A stretch of 64,000 bases of DNA, taken from the NCBI RefSeq assembly GCF_009914755.1, contig NC_060925.1; one strand, 5' to 3'. Below the pieces are notes generated by a model. That model was not told where the DNA came from. It saw only the letters and a list, made by a program, of their open reading frames with translations, and made no database searches. The stretch comes from the human T2T-CHM13v2.0 reference genome, Homo sapiens. Of this stretch, positions 45,353 through 58,641 are shown in pieces. Both the position numbers and the translations under genes were made by a program. The stretch's first letter is position 1. Each line of letters starts with the position of its first letter.

Positions 45353-46597
45353 TAGACTTTTTCTTTATCACCTTCCTTGCTCATTGTTAGTTGAATTTCT
45401 TGAGAAACTCAAATAGTATAGAAGTTAAGGCTTTCGTTTAATGAAATTAAAATAGTCAAAATAAATGTTCAGTTACAAGAAATAAGGGAACATCAATCTT
45501 CATTCACGTTTATTCATGAAAGTGTCTAGGCTCCAATTTTTGCTTAAGTGTCTCTTCTGTTTTCCAAGAATTCTGCTTGGAAGCAAAGAGGCTTAGGGCA
45601 TTTAGCAGCAAAATCTGAGGCAGGCATCTATTTCTCAGTTGTCACAGACAGTTCCTTCTAGTGGCAGTCATAAGGCATCACTTTTTCAAAGCATAACTGA
45701 CCTTCAAAATTGTCTGTGGGCATACCCACCCCTGTAACCCCGTCATCAACAGCATTTTTCTACGGTGAAAGTGACTTGAAAATGTGACCTCATTAGCAGA
45801 GACCAGGCTAACCTGGCCAAGAAGACTGGCTGCCAAAGATCGAGCAAAAAGGTTTACTTTTAAATAAAATTTTCATTGATATCTTTTATTGCTTTAACAA
45901 GTTAAGCTGTTAAAAGAGGGCAAGATTTGACCAAAAAGTGGAAAGGTGTGGAAAGTGGACTAGGAACTTGCTGGATGAGACTAATTCAAATGCAGAATGC
46001 AGTGGAGGCATTGGGAAGCCATCTGGAAAGTTAATGAACTTGGAAAGTGGTTTATGGGCAAAATAATTTTCAAGGTACTGCTGATTTAGAAAATGTAAAA
46101 CTGGTACAATGTGCTTTAGAAAGCTGATAACTTGGAGAGCTCGGCCTACCTGACTCTTACAGATGGTAGAATGGGTTCCCACTTGGAGAGTGGTTAATTT
46201 AGTCTCTTTTGCTCAAGTTAGAGCCAATAACCCTAATGTCGTGAGGGATTATATGGGGTTACTTTTGTTTATCGGACCAAACGGGCATCTGAGAGACAGT
46301 CAAACTGATCTCTAGTCTCTGTTCTGCTACTGATTTGCAGAGTGACCTCGAGAAATATCACTTCTCTGTAGGGGAAACAAAGAGGTGTTGATGATCTTTG
46401 CTCTAATAATAGTTCTTGGTGAAAACTCTTGGAAACTCATTCAAGATAATTAAATAAAGAGGAGAGTAGGTGATATTGAAATGATTCAGGGGAATTATAT
46501 CTATATTAAATATAGCTAGGCCTCATGGGGCCTGGGAATGAAAATTAAGAAACTTATCAGAGACCAAGACAGACACCCGCTTTAATCTCTCTTTATG

Positions 46598-46629
<32 letters not shown>

Positions 46630-47197
46630 CATTGTTTCTCCTTGTAAATCTTCTCCTAATGCTTCTATCTGAATATAAATTTTCCCCTTTTACCCAGTCC
46701 CAATCCCACTAGTTGTATGATCCCCTTTTACCCATTCTCAATCCTACATTATCTTAACTATGTGAGCACCAAATGTATGGTTACAGAATTAAGCTGCTTA
46801 CAGTGGCATCTGGATTTCAAATCTTTCAGATCTTTCACCAGGGGAGGAAGAGAAAGGATTTACTATACTCACTGAATGTTGCAGGATCCAAATGATATAT
46901 GTTCAGTCAGTTTCTAACAGTGATGACAGCTGAGTCAATAAATTATTGTCACCTGAATCCAAGGGAAAGTAGTCAACAGAGTTTATGAAAATGGGGCACT
47001 TTGTATTTCCCTGAGTTTTGCATGTCAGGCTGTATTATAGTTGTCCTTTATTAGTAAGCATCCTCCCAATTGATCAAGAGCGCACCTGGTGTAAGAAGCA
47101 TGGTGAAAGAACAAGCCTATCTTAAGGAAGAATATTTCATATAGAAAATACTTGGGAGTCAAGGAGGACTCATATGAGGCTGTTATATAGATATATA

Positions 47198-47249
47198 TTT
47201 AATATAATATGTGTGATTGTGGTTACAGATACATATTTGGTGCTTTATT
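47198..47249 (-). terminator. Distal polyadenylation signals of RGS5
   Basis: Plus-strand tttatt 47244-47249 (AATAAA) and tttaat 47198-47203 (ATTAAA). Confidence 0.65.
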
Positions 47250-49839
47250 TATCCAGAAGCATGAGTCACATAGTACATAAAGTATTGAATACAAAATTCT
47301 AAAGATAAACACAATTTTTCTTGAATTTAAAATATATGGGATAAATGCTTACAAATGGATTTATAAACCTTTCACTTCTACTTCATTCTCCTGGCTGTGT
47401 CTTCCGAAGATGAGTTGCTAGTTGCAACATTAAAAAAAAATAGCTCCTTCAAATCCTGACACTATATGACATAAAAAGAACTTTTGGCAAATATTTATTC
47501 AGATTGCTTGTCTCCAGTGGCAAATTTCTCAGCATTTCTCTTTGTTTTGTCTATGCCTTAGCCTGTGCATTTTTCTAGAAAGGAAGTTAAATGCTTTTAA
47601 TGTATTAATTATTACATTATTGAAGTTGGACCCAAATATGTTAAATATTTCCTCTTGCAAAGGGAGAAGAGGAAGGGAGGAACAGGGGCAAGGTGGGGAG
47701 GAAAAAAATACCTCAGGTGAGAGAACAAGTAACTTGCAAGAGGCTTATTAAACTGTATATAAATGTTGAAGAGGCTGATTTGTAGTTTCTCTACTAGAAA
47801 AATAATAAGATGTATTATTAAAACGTGAGTTGAGAATAATATTCCAAATGTTTGTTGTTGTCGTTGTTGTTGCCGTGGCCTGTGACTCTCTGCTGTAAGT
47901 TTCCATTCAAAGCCAGGAGTCTTTTCTCAGTTGGAAGAGTTGATCTTTTTAGTTTTGGGATGTGTAAGTGATGCTGGGAAAGCCTTTCTTTAAATAGTCA
48001 TTGCTCTCGTTTGCCTCAGAACCTATTTGGTGAAAAGTGTGTTTAACACAAACAGTAGCTGCTAAATTGTTAACTAAAGAGCCTTGTGCGAAGCAAGTGT
48101 TCGATACGTGCTTGTCTAATAGAATGAAGAGACTATAAGCCAGAGAGGTTTAATAGCAGTTGAGCCAGCATAAACCAAGATGCACCAAACTTCATGTCCA
48201 AAACCTACATAGAATTGCCTACCCCTTGGGTTTCGATGCTTGGATGTTGGAGATTACATTTTCTATTCTCTGCTTTCTGGCACATGCAAGCCAGATATGG
48301 ACAGGAAACCCTCAATATTTATTCATTTTTCTAGTCAAGGCTTTCTAGTATGATAAAATAAAATTTTACATCTAGCTGCATTGCAAGTCAGAAAATACCT
48401 TCCTGCAAATATGGAAGATGACAAAACTCAGTTTCAACCAAGCTGAGCTGCTCTTAAATATTTCTAGCAAAGGGATTACGTTCATAGGTCTGAGCACTTA
48501 CTTTTTAACCTCTTCCCTTCTCCCCTTTCTTCCCTTTCTTTTCATGACTATTCTCTCCTAAACTTGCTAAACTCCCAGGAAAAAGGGAAAATGGCCTGCT
48601 AGGGAGAACAGTTTCAATAATGAAAATCATTTCTCTGAAATATAACTAGCTTTTTCAACGATTCTCAAATTTGTTATTGGATAGGCAGTTTGGCAAAAAC
48701 CTAGAAGGGAATGCTTATTAGTTTATTAATTTATTTGTTAATGGCCCAGTTTTTATTGAAACTTTTGCATGTCTATTACTCTTTGGAAAATAATTAACAG
48801 CTCCATCCTATTGAAATGGCTTGTGTACAGAGCACACATCAACCAAATAAAATCCATGGCTTTGTAAAGGATAAAAAAAAAATTAAAATAATTTATTTCA
48901 CCAAGTTCTCCTTGGCACTGAATTCTACTTAAAGCATAATTCATACAGTAGAGAATTTGAGTACACGGGGTATGGAGAGTAGGGCACAAAATGTTTCCAT
49001 ACATTTGACTTTATTGATTTGAAAGCAAAGTTACTGAAATGCCTCAGTTAGTTCTGCATTTTAAAAGGTGTCTACCTGAAAGAAACAAAAAGTGTGTGTG
49101 TGTATGTGTGGCGGGGAAGATGGAAGATTATTCACATGCTTGAAGGCTATTCACACTGCTTTAACAAATAAACATGGAACATACGTCCTTAATTAACTGT
49201 GGAGTTAATAGTCTGTCTCTTTGTCCTGATGTAATTTAGATCTTAATCTAACCCCAACCCTAAACTATATCAAACCCAGGCAGAAAAACTGAAGTTACAG
49301 GCAACTACCTGGGCTAATCTTAGGTTTTTTTCTCAAGAGTGAGAACCATATTCTCCTATTTCCATTGACCACAATTTGGTTCCACCACCTTTCTACATCC
49401 TCAATTCACTCCCAACAGTAGTTACGTTTTCACAGGGGAGGAAAACGCCAGTACAACAGGGTTCTTGCATCAAGCTTCATGCTTTCCCAGACATTTACTC
49501 AAGGGAACGTGGAGAGGAGGAGGAGGAGGGAGCTGGAGTGATAAGCAGATGTTACACATGTTTTTCCTGGAAAGATCACCCCACTTTTTCTAATTTCCCA
49601 GAATTAAAAGAATGTATTTTATCTGTATTACCATGGAAATTACTAGTAACACTGGATTTTTTTCCCTCTTTTCTAAGTTTCCAAAAACTTTCAAAAGTGT
49701 TCAAAGAAATTTTCTTGAACAATTTTAATATGTTTGATTTCTCATTTGGGGCTGGAATATTTGTATTCTTTTTAATTTTTTTACTTCATTTATTAGAAGA
49801 GTTTCTAATATGTGTAGGAATACAATTTTAAATGTAAGA

Positions 49840-49890
49840 TTATATAGATGTAGATATAGATAGATAGATATATGTAGATATATAGATATA
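49840..49890. repeat. (TAGA/TA)n microsatellite in RGS5 3' UTR
   Basis: Direct reading of sequence. Confidence 0.85.
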
Positions 49891-50791
49891 ATGTCACAAT
49901 ATCACTATAAGGCATTCCTTCTTCCATTCTTTTTATATCTCCACAGAACTGCTCTCATGGGACCCTGTCCTGCCCTGTAGGTAAAAGCCCTTCTTATTTT
50001 CCGCTGAGAGGTCTACCCACTTTCATAGGGTGTCCAGTCAATTTGTGAGTACAGTCCACTGGAGTCTTCATAACATCAACCCTCTAGGTGAGATCTGTAA
50101 TAGCTAGTTAATTATCTGGGAATTTTTAAACATTTGGATATTGCAAATAATGTGAATAAAATACTTGAATTTTAAATAATTAAATTGTTTCTTCAAATGT
50201 TTTAGCGTTTATGAAAAAATAATGCACCAAGATTTTGGATTTCTAACATTTCTGGCTGTATGAGAGAGTAAAGGGTTGGCACTTTATTAACTTGGGGGCA
50301 ATGTAGACATATGTTGAAGCTGGTTCTGGAAGTGCACCCTGGAAATTTTTATCTGAGTTCCTTGTCAATCCTACACAATTGCATGCAATGAGAACTTCAT
50401 GATTGTAGCATTGATCTGGCCTAGCTCTGGACTGCTTGATGAAGGAGTTTCTTTGAAGTGAGCAATACTGGCAAATATGAATGAATTCACACCACTAGCA
50501 ATTGTTGGCAGAACACCCAACCACTCTACCCAGTTTCAGAATGTGAAATGGCATGTATTCAGCAGGGCATATTATTCTTGAAGTCACAAAAATAGGGAAA
50601 ATCCAACAAGCGCAGTCAGTGTTTACCTGAAGAATACAGTCACATAGTTGCTTCACTTTCAATATTCTTAGGAAATAACCAAATAAATGAGCTACAAATA
50701 TGAGAAACTGAGAGTGTGTGAATGAAAGAGAGCAACAGAAGGAGGAAATACAAGACTAGACAATGTAATCTTCTACTTAACATTTCAGAAT

Positions 50792-50797
50792 TTTATT
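50792..50797 (-). terminator. Proximal RGS5 polyadenylation signal
   Basis: AATAAA on minus strand followed downstream by a U/GU-rich tract (TCTAGTCTTGTATTTCCTCCTTCTGTTGCTCTCTTTC, 50725-50760). Confidence 0.6.
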
Positions 50798-52220
50798 AAT
50801 CCTTTAAAAATCACCCTATTTCTTTTGAGTTAATATCCTCATCTCGATTACCCTCATACATGGCTTAGTTTGATTCTGTTACTAAATTCTGTGAATCATT
50901 ATTTAATCAAATCTACTAAAGATTAGAAAAAATTCTAGCAAGACTTATAATCATGAAATACAGAATTAAAAGTTTAAACCTACCAAAAGTCCTATGGCCT
51001 ATTATTTAGCTGTGAATGAGACACGTCAGGAGTATAAATCTGCACTTTTGACTGTAAGTAAAATTTGCTAATGCAGGAAGCGAAATAGTGAAGGAATACT
51101 GGGGTTGCTAAAAGATTACTTTTTTTTTTTTTTTTTGCAAAATGCAGTGTACCTTAAAAGTGTCTCACCTAGAAGGCCTCTACCTGTAATCACATTAATT
51201 TTTCTAAAGACAATTTGGTGTTTTGAAGATAAATGTCATTAGTCTATGATAATAGCATCATAGGACAATTAGCCATTTTAGACTTGACCATATTTTCTCT
51301 TTTTAGCATATAGCCATCTTGATATTTAGGTGGGAGACTACTCCAATGGAGCAACAGTTTCATTTTACATGATTGGATTTAGAAATTTACAAATTTTAAA
51401 CTCATAAGAATTCTAAATAATTTGAAAATGGAAACATTTGACCCACAGTCTAGCAGCATAAATACATTTATAAAATACTTCATTGTTGATCTTAGGTCAT
51501 TGATTTAAAACAGAATTTGGTGACTATGGGCAGGTGGAGGGGGCCAGTGAGGAAGGTATAAAAGAGAAATCTTTATGAATTGTGTTCAGATTGATTTTGT
51601 ATAAACATAATATATTCATGGTTGTATCTCTTATTTATAATACCCAACTAACATGAAGGTGGTCCAAGGGAAGGATCAATATTTTAAATAACATATTTGC
51701 TTAAAATATCATACAGTGGCTGCTTCATAAAAATCTTATAAACTTTTATTAACCAAGTTCAGAAATAATTAGAGGGGTGATCTCCCTGGATCAGAACTAA
51801 AACAAGTGAGATCAATTAAGCTCCTTTGAAATAGGTCTGTCCACACTTAATATTCTTTTTTAGACCAGTTTAGCTGGAAATCTATTACTTAACCCACATT
51901 CATTGATATCATAGTCTTGTCTTATATTTCTTTGCCTTAGGCAGGATTTTTCTGTGATTCTGATTGTGTCTGACTACAAGCTGAAGATATCTTAATTAAT
52001 AACAGGGCAGGAAGAATTGAGTGGGGAAAGAAGGCCTTCGGACAGTAGATAAGTATCCAAAGCAGTGTGGGCAAAAAGAGTAAGCAACATCCCCTGGGAT
52101 TTTTCCCATGTGGGTATCACTGAGCAAAGCTGCTGTGGGAAGATATGTAGATTAATGGGAAATGCAGGGTTATTATGGAGGAAATAACTCACAGGATGAT
52201 TTCATAGCCTGGCTAAATTA

Positions 52221-52382
52221 CTACTTGATTAACTCCTGATAAAACTCAGAGCGCACAAAGCGAGGCAGAGAATCCTTTTCCATCAGGGCATGGATTCTTT
52301 TCTGGGCCATGTCAAAGCTGCTCAGGGAAGGTTCCACCAGGTTCTTCATTGTGATGTCCTTAGTGAAGTGGTCAATATTCAC
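52221..52382 (-). CDS. RGS5: RGS5 last coding exon (exon 5), C-terminal RGS domain and stop
   Basis: Translates [53 protein letters not shown]. Acceptor CCCACAG (AG at 52383-52384), TAG at 52221-52223. Confidence 0.97.
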   Translation of the reverse strand: MNIDHFTKDITMKNLVEPSLSSFDMAQKRIHALMEKDSLPRFVRSEFYQELIK

Positions 52383-52786
52383 CTGTGGGCCAGGAAACAG
52401 GGTCACTACATAAGCCTAAGTTATAGAATTTGATGAGGGTTGAAGAGGGAGGTGGAATTTCTCATCAATAAAACATAAGAGGGGAGGAAAGTCATTAAAA
52501 ACTGAGACATGTCACTTCTCACTTTATAGGCGATGGGATAAGGCAGCTGATGTTCCAACAGATGCATCCAACCGGTATTAGACACCCACCAGGTGTCAGA
52601 CCTCCCATAGAAGCTAACACACACATTACTTATTTAATCCTTGACAACAATCCTAAGAATGATTCTTTCCTTTTATAGAAAAAAATATGTATATGCAGAA
52701 GGTTAAGTGGCTTCCCCAAGATCACAGAACTGATAAGTGTATTTGAATCTAGAGAATCAGAATTTGAATCCAGGTGTCCTGGTGCT

Positions 52787-53116
52787 TTTTTCTTTTTCTT
52801 TTTTTTCTTTTTTTTTTTTTTTTTTTTTTTGTTGGATAGAGTCTAGTTCTGTCACTCAGGCAGGCTGGAGTGCAGTGGCGCCATTTGGTTCACTGCAACC
52901 TCTGCCTTCCGGGTTCAAGTGATTCTTCTGCCCGAGCCTCCCAACTAGCTGGGTTACAGGCATGTGCCACCACGCCGGGCTAATTTTTGTACTTTTGATA
53001 GAGACGGGGTTTTGCCACATTGGTGAGGCTGGTCTCGAACTCCTGACCTCAGGTGATCTGCCTGCCTCGGCCTCCCAAAGTGCTGGGATTACAGGTGTGA
53101 GCCACCGCGTCCGGCC
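52787..53116 (-). mobile_element. AluS in last RGS5 intron (sense to gene)
   Basis: Poly-T followed by reverse Alu; ctggtgc on both sides. Confidence 0.93.
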
Positions 53117-53299
53117 CTGGTGCCTAATTTTAAAATTCTAACACAACATTTGGTTTCACGTCTATTGGAGGAATTGAACAGAGAGAAGTAAATTCTGTCT
53201 GGGGATCCAGGACCTTTTGCATGGCTCCAGAAGAACAAGAAAACTTGTTCTTTCCAAAAACAAACCAGGAAACAGTCATTCTGACAGAATAATAATGAA

Positions 53300-53540
53300 A
53301 ACAGCTAACAGCAATTAACATTTATTGAGTGCTCGGTCGGTGCCAGGCACTTTGCACGGATGAACTCATTTAATCTTATAACTCTATGAGGTATAATAGA
53401 TGCTGTTGTCTACATTTTACAGTTGAGGAAACAGATGCACAGAAATGTTACATGATTTACTCAAAGTTCATTAATGGTAGAGAGAAGATTCAGAAATCCA
53501 GTGATGTGGCTCCAGAGCCCAGCCTTTTAACCAGTAGACT
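53300..53540 (-). mobile_element. MIR
   Basis: aacatttattgagtgct...tgccaggcac...cattttacagttgaggaaacagatgcacaga. Confidence 0.8.
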
Positions 53541-56351
53541 CCAGCACTGGGATGCACTGTGGCTTACATGTCCTGAGTGCAGGGCCACTACATTGCAACC
53601 ATACTAGGGTCTACGTGAATGGTTCCTCTGGAGTTGTACAAGGTACAGCCTATTTGAACTTGGCTGACTATGAGTTTAAAGGAATCTTTATACTCCATGT
53701 TGTACGATTTAATGGTTTTTAAGGATTTTGAGTGTAAACAAGACAGAAATAGAATCCAAATCAGCCTATGGTTGTGAATTGAAACACTGATAAAGGTTTT
53801 GGGTCTCTCCTGGGCTGTTAGAGGTTTTTGGTACTGAATAGAGCTCTTTGGGCTCAGAGAATTATGAAGCAGCTATTAGTTAGAGTTGGAGACAAAATGC
53901 ATGATTCCCTGGGGAGCCAGGTCAGAACAGACAGCAGGACTGAGCTGTGCTTCAAAGTCTAGGATGAAGGGCGTTGAGCTACATTAAGATTTTCCAGAGG
54001 TGAAAGGGGTCAATGTACTTTATGCAGGCCTGTTGGAAGATCAGATTGTCAGAATTGGGATCAGCGTCAGAGTTGATGAAGTCCAATGTCTGCCTTTAAA
54101 TGTGAAGACCTCAAAGAGGTCAGGTTACATGCCCACAAACAGCTAGTGTGGATTAGAGGTGAGACTATAACATAGATTTCTCCATTCTCAGTCTATTATT
54201 CTTCCCGCCACACTGAAAGCAATGCTTCTTCCTTCTCTTATATTAAGTATATATCTGTACTGAGCTTGGTAGACAGGCTTATTCCAAATGATTGAGTTTC
54301 TAAAAATTATAAAAGTAGCTCCTAATCTTATTTTTTAAAGGAGTGATGTATTTAAAACCCTCTAGGACATAGTATCCACCAGCAAATAGCAGCTATTTCT
54401 CTTGGTATTTTTATGTGCTTAAGCCTTCTTTAATAAGTCATTCTGATACATATTTATCTGTTTAGTTATCCAGAAACAATATCATTTCATTAATTTCAAA
54501 TATGGTCAAATGATAATTTGCAATGTATAAATTATCTACTTATTGACTTCCACATGGCCATTTCTCTTGTTTAAATTTAATTCCAATTTTTACCATTGTA
54601 TCTCTCAGTCAGTTTCTTGTATTAAAGAGTTGAGGTGAGTATTCAGAGCAACAAAATTCAGATTACTATTTGCCTGGGTAATCTAGGTCTTATATAGGTC
54701 AATTTCATCAAAATTAAATAGTAAATATTTACATCAAAATACAAAAGTTGGAGAATTTTTTAAGTAATAAAAGCTATGACTTAACATACTTCAGGTGCAC
54801 ATACATATACACAAGATGGTTACAGTTAAAAGAACTGAGGATTAGAGAGCTTTAGCTAGAGACTTGCCCAAAGTCCCACATCTAAGAATGTCTGAAGTTG
54901 GATATTTTCATGCTTTCATCTCAAAAATATTTCTTGAAAGCTTTTTATGTGCTAGGAGTAGGATTCACATTCTCTCTAATACCCAGCTCAGGATCATTAT
55001 TCTACATAATCCTGGGATGCCTGTATTTGGGTCTAATGTATACTATTGTACTCTTGCATAAGCATAGATCATTTAGAATGAAGGGCAAGGCTATTTTAAT
55101 TACAGTCTTTCAACTAGTGACCACAATTTATTTGTCCCTATAACTCAGCTAGCCATGGTATTGTTTATTTTAAAATTATATTTTAGGTTAATGTCTCATA
55201 TTTTCATAATAACCAATAATGTTTTCCCAGAGCTCAGAGTAACTAACAATTATCTGAGTGGGTTTCTACTATTTGTAGGTATTTCAGCAAATCTTAGAAT
55301 TCTGTGAAGAGGAAGTCAAGTTGATAGGAAGGTAAGTCGGAGAATCCTTTGAAATGGGGAAATACATGTCCAATTTAATGTTAAATTAATCTTCTTGTCA
55401 ATATATACAGAGAAATAACATGCTGACAGAAGAAAGGATGGCCCAGCACAAATGGTAACAGAAGTAGGGTAGAGCTAACATATGTGCTTAGGGTGGAGGT
55501 TGAGGAGAAGAAGGGGTGATCTGGAGAGAATTTCAAGATTAATATCCACATCAAACTTAAATCTAGATTCTTTCTAGCACCTTTTCATTTTCGTGGCTTT
55601 GACCCACAGTACTGTACATTCTCATACTCCTAACCTCCAACCCTGTGTCATGGAGGAAGCACATCTACTAGTATCAAGGTACATAATTTGTCCATCCACT
55701 CAAACACATTTAGGGTAACTCATAACTAAAGAAATACATATCTAATGGTGGAACTCCAGGAGTCTAGAGCATCTGTGGTAGAGAAGGGATATTTGGGAGT
55801 TTTTCTCTCTCAAACATCTTAAGTAGATTTCTGCCTACTCAACAAGGCTTGCCCAGATCACCTCCGTGCTTGACTCCAAACCTTGATGAAACATTTACTT
55901 TCCAGACTGGATTAAAAGAAACAAGTGAAATTAGAGTAACCTGACCATACCATGATGAACAGGGCTTGCTGTGGCCATCCTGAATTCCACAATAGGCTTT
56001 CAATGTGGTTTTATAAATAACAAAGAAAAAAGCAGATCAACTTCCCCAAAGTTTCTTTGAAATCAACAAAAATCTGGGCTTTAATAGTCAATCAGTGGTA
56101 TATTGGCTTTCAACATCTCTAACACTGTTTTCTTGTAATATTTTGATTTTCATGAGTAAATATACCATTGTCCCAAGTACAGTGTAAATGGAAAAGTCCA
56201 AGTGGGGAAATAAAGGATAAAGAAGAGTAGAAAGGACAAAAAAAGAGAGGTGTTTAAAGGAAAGACTAGAAATGGGAATGGAAAGAAAAACAAAGAAAAG
56301 TTATAGAAATACTCATTAGGCATTAATCAGTTCGGACACTGAGATACTGGT

Positions 56352-56704
56352 TGATATAGTTTGGCTCTGTGTCCCCACCCAAATCTCACCTTAAATCATA
56401 ATAATTCCCACATGTCAAGGGCAGGACCAGGTGGCAATAATTGAATCATGGGGGCAGTTTCCCTTATACTGTTCTTGTGATAGTGAGTTCTCACGAGATC
56501 TGATGGTTTTATAAGGGGCTTCCCCCTTCACTCCACTTTTATTCTCTCTCCTGCCACCCTGTGAAGAGGTGCCTTCTGTCTGGATTGTAAGTTTCCTGAG
56601 GTCTCCCCATCCATGCGGAACTGTGAGTCAATTAAACCTCTTTCCTTTATAAATTACCAAGTCTTTGGTATTTCTTCATAGCAGTGAGAGAAAGGAATAA
56701 TACA
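56352..56704 (+). mobile_element. THE1D-type solo LTR
   Basis: tgatatagtttggctctgtgtccccacccaaatctc...taataca; perfect TSD ctggt (56347-56351, 56705-56709). Confidence 0.92.
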
Positions 56705-57061
56705 CTGGTTGAACATCACTTATCTGGAATGCTTGGGACCAGAAATGTTTCAGATCTTGAATTTTTTGAGATTTTGAAATATTTACATATACATAATGAG
56801 ATAAGATATCTTAATATGAGACCCAAGTCTAAACACAAAGTTCATTTATGTGTCATATATACCTATACATATAACATGAAGGTAATTTTATGTAATATTT
56901 TTAATAATTTTGGGCATGAAAAAAGTTTTGGCTGTATTTTGACTGAGACCTATCACAAGAGGTCAGTGGAATTTTCCACTTGTGGCATCATGGTGCTGAA
57001 AAAGTTTCAGACTTTGAGGCATTCTGAATTTTGAATTTTCAGATCAGAGATGTTCAACCTG
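56705..57061. mobile_element. Tigger4/MER46-type DNA transposon MITE
   Basis: TIRs ctggttgaacatc...gatgttcaacctg followed by TA; atgcttgggaccagaa motif. Confidence 0.8.
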
Positions 57062-57439
57062 TATAAGTTTTTACACCCACTATTTAATTTAATCCTCACA
57101 ACATCTCCATAAAGTAGTCTCCATTATTCTTATTTTCACAAAGGAAGAAATGAGGTTCACAGAGACTCAACAATTCATGCAAGATTTCACATTGGTATGA
57201 TCTCCACTGGAGGTTAGTGGAGGTGAGACCCATAAAACTAGAAAGCGGTCTGAACAGGATTGTTCATATATACTTGACCATGTTGCTCTGCCTTTGTACT
57301 CAATAGGTGCTTAATAAGGTGGTCGACTCACAAATAGGAATAGCCTTTGGCTCCCAACGGGAGGTCTGTGTCTCAGATGTAAATCCTTCCTGAGAGCTAA
57401 TGAGCTGCCCTTAACTGACCCACCTACCCAGAGACCAAC

Positions 57440-57606
57440 CTCTTTAGGAGCCTCCGTTTGAATGAATTCTTCATAAATTTGCTTTGCCTTCTCAGCCATC
57501 TTGGCAGGGGACTTGATCTTCTTGTAATCCTCACAGGCAATCCAGAACTCAAGGTTTTCCTCACTGAATTCAGACTTCAGGAAACTTTTGAAACTGGCAA
57601 GTCCAT
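57440..57606 (-). CDS. RGS5: RGS5 penultimate coding exon (exon 4), RGS domain
   Basis: Translates (Y)[55 protein letters not shown], an R4-family RGS box matching RGS5. Acceptor TTTTTTTCTTTCCAG (AG at 57607-57608), donor GAG/GTTGGT. 167 nt, ends in phase 0 and joins the next exon in frame. Confidence 0.97.
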
Positions 57607-58497
57607 CTGGAAAGAAAAAAACAGTCACCTGGAGAAATTTATTAATTTACTTAACAAATATTGTATCCATGAGAGAAAGGGAAAGGGCTTAGCAATACTC
57701 TTCTATGCACAAAGTTTTAGCTCATTCATGTCTAGCTTCCTTTACTCCTTCATTCAAATGCAGAAGGAATGAGACAGAGATGGAAGATAGACAGCAGAGA
57801 ACACAGAGCTCAAGCCCTGCTCATCATGCAGAGCCGTATGGAACTCTAGAACTAGACAGAGAGATTTACCACATTGTCTTTCCAAACAATCAAATGCAAT
57901 GTCTATTTAAGTGACAAACGTTTACCTATTTACGTATCAAGGAACACTATTAACACTAATGCCATTCTGGACACTTAAACTACCAAGGAGAAAATAATAC
58001 ATTTAAAACTTGGCTTGTCTATGCAAGTAATGTTAATGTTAAGTATCACTATGAACTACTCACAATTCTTTATTTTCTCTTTGTACAGATGATTTTTGTT
58101 TAACTATTATGTCCCAAGCACTATGATTTAAGTCACCACGATAAGTAAAATAGACATGGTTCCTGTCCTAATGGAGCTTATAGATTCTGGAAAAAGTAGA
58201 AAGAAAATGAAGAAACAGAAGAAACATTTACACGATGAAAGGAAAACTGTATGAAAGGTAGTAACAGAGTCATAGGAGAGTCCTGACTTCATTTTAGGCT
58301 AAGGGAAGGCAAGGAAGTAACATTCAATTTGAGACCCAAAGGATGAGTGGGAAAGGGCCAGATGAAGTTACCCCATGTAGCGTACTTACCATGTCCATCA
58401 ATTATACATCAGGTTTCTTTAACATGTTAAATGCAATATGATTATAGCTATTATGATTCTGTTTCCAGTGTACAATTGCTCATGTAGGATAAACTTC

Positions 58498-58641
58498 AGT
58501 TTATAATTTAAAAATTATATCTATATATAATATGTAGATATTTTAGTCTATATAGATATAGATATAGCCTATTATATATAGATATAGTCTTTAATTGTAA
58601 ACTAAAACTATAAGACTAAAATTATAAAACTATGTATATGT
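58498..58641 (+). repeat. AT-rich dispersed duplicate, copy 1
   Basis: Nearly identical to sequence starting at 59711. Confidence 0.93.

Larger units (their letters stand above)
47180..52220 (-). other. RGS5: RGS5 long 3' UTR (distal end approximate)
   Basis: About 5 kb with no obvious Alu/L1 insertion downstream of the stop, ending near AATAAA (47244-47249) and ATTAAA (47198-47203) on the minus strand. Consistent with the known long RGS5 mRNA. Confidence 0.75.

Noticed and set aside
45651-45666. CTCF-like motif (TGCCACTAGAAGGAAC on minus)
   Set aside because: Imperfect 3' core; cannot be supported without ChIP data.
49376-49831. 151-aa plus-strand ORF
   Set aside because: Antisense to the RGS5 3' UTR, non-ATG start, no recognisable domain.
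57311-57439. ORF extension past exon 4 ([11 protein letters not shown]...PPY)
   Set aside because: Intron read-through with no RGS similarity; only the first 4 codons have splice support.
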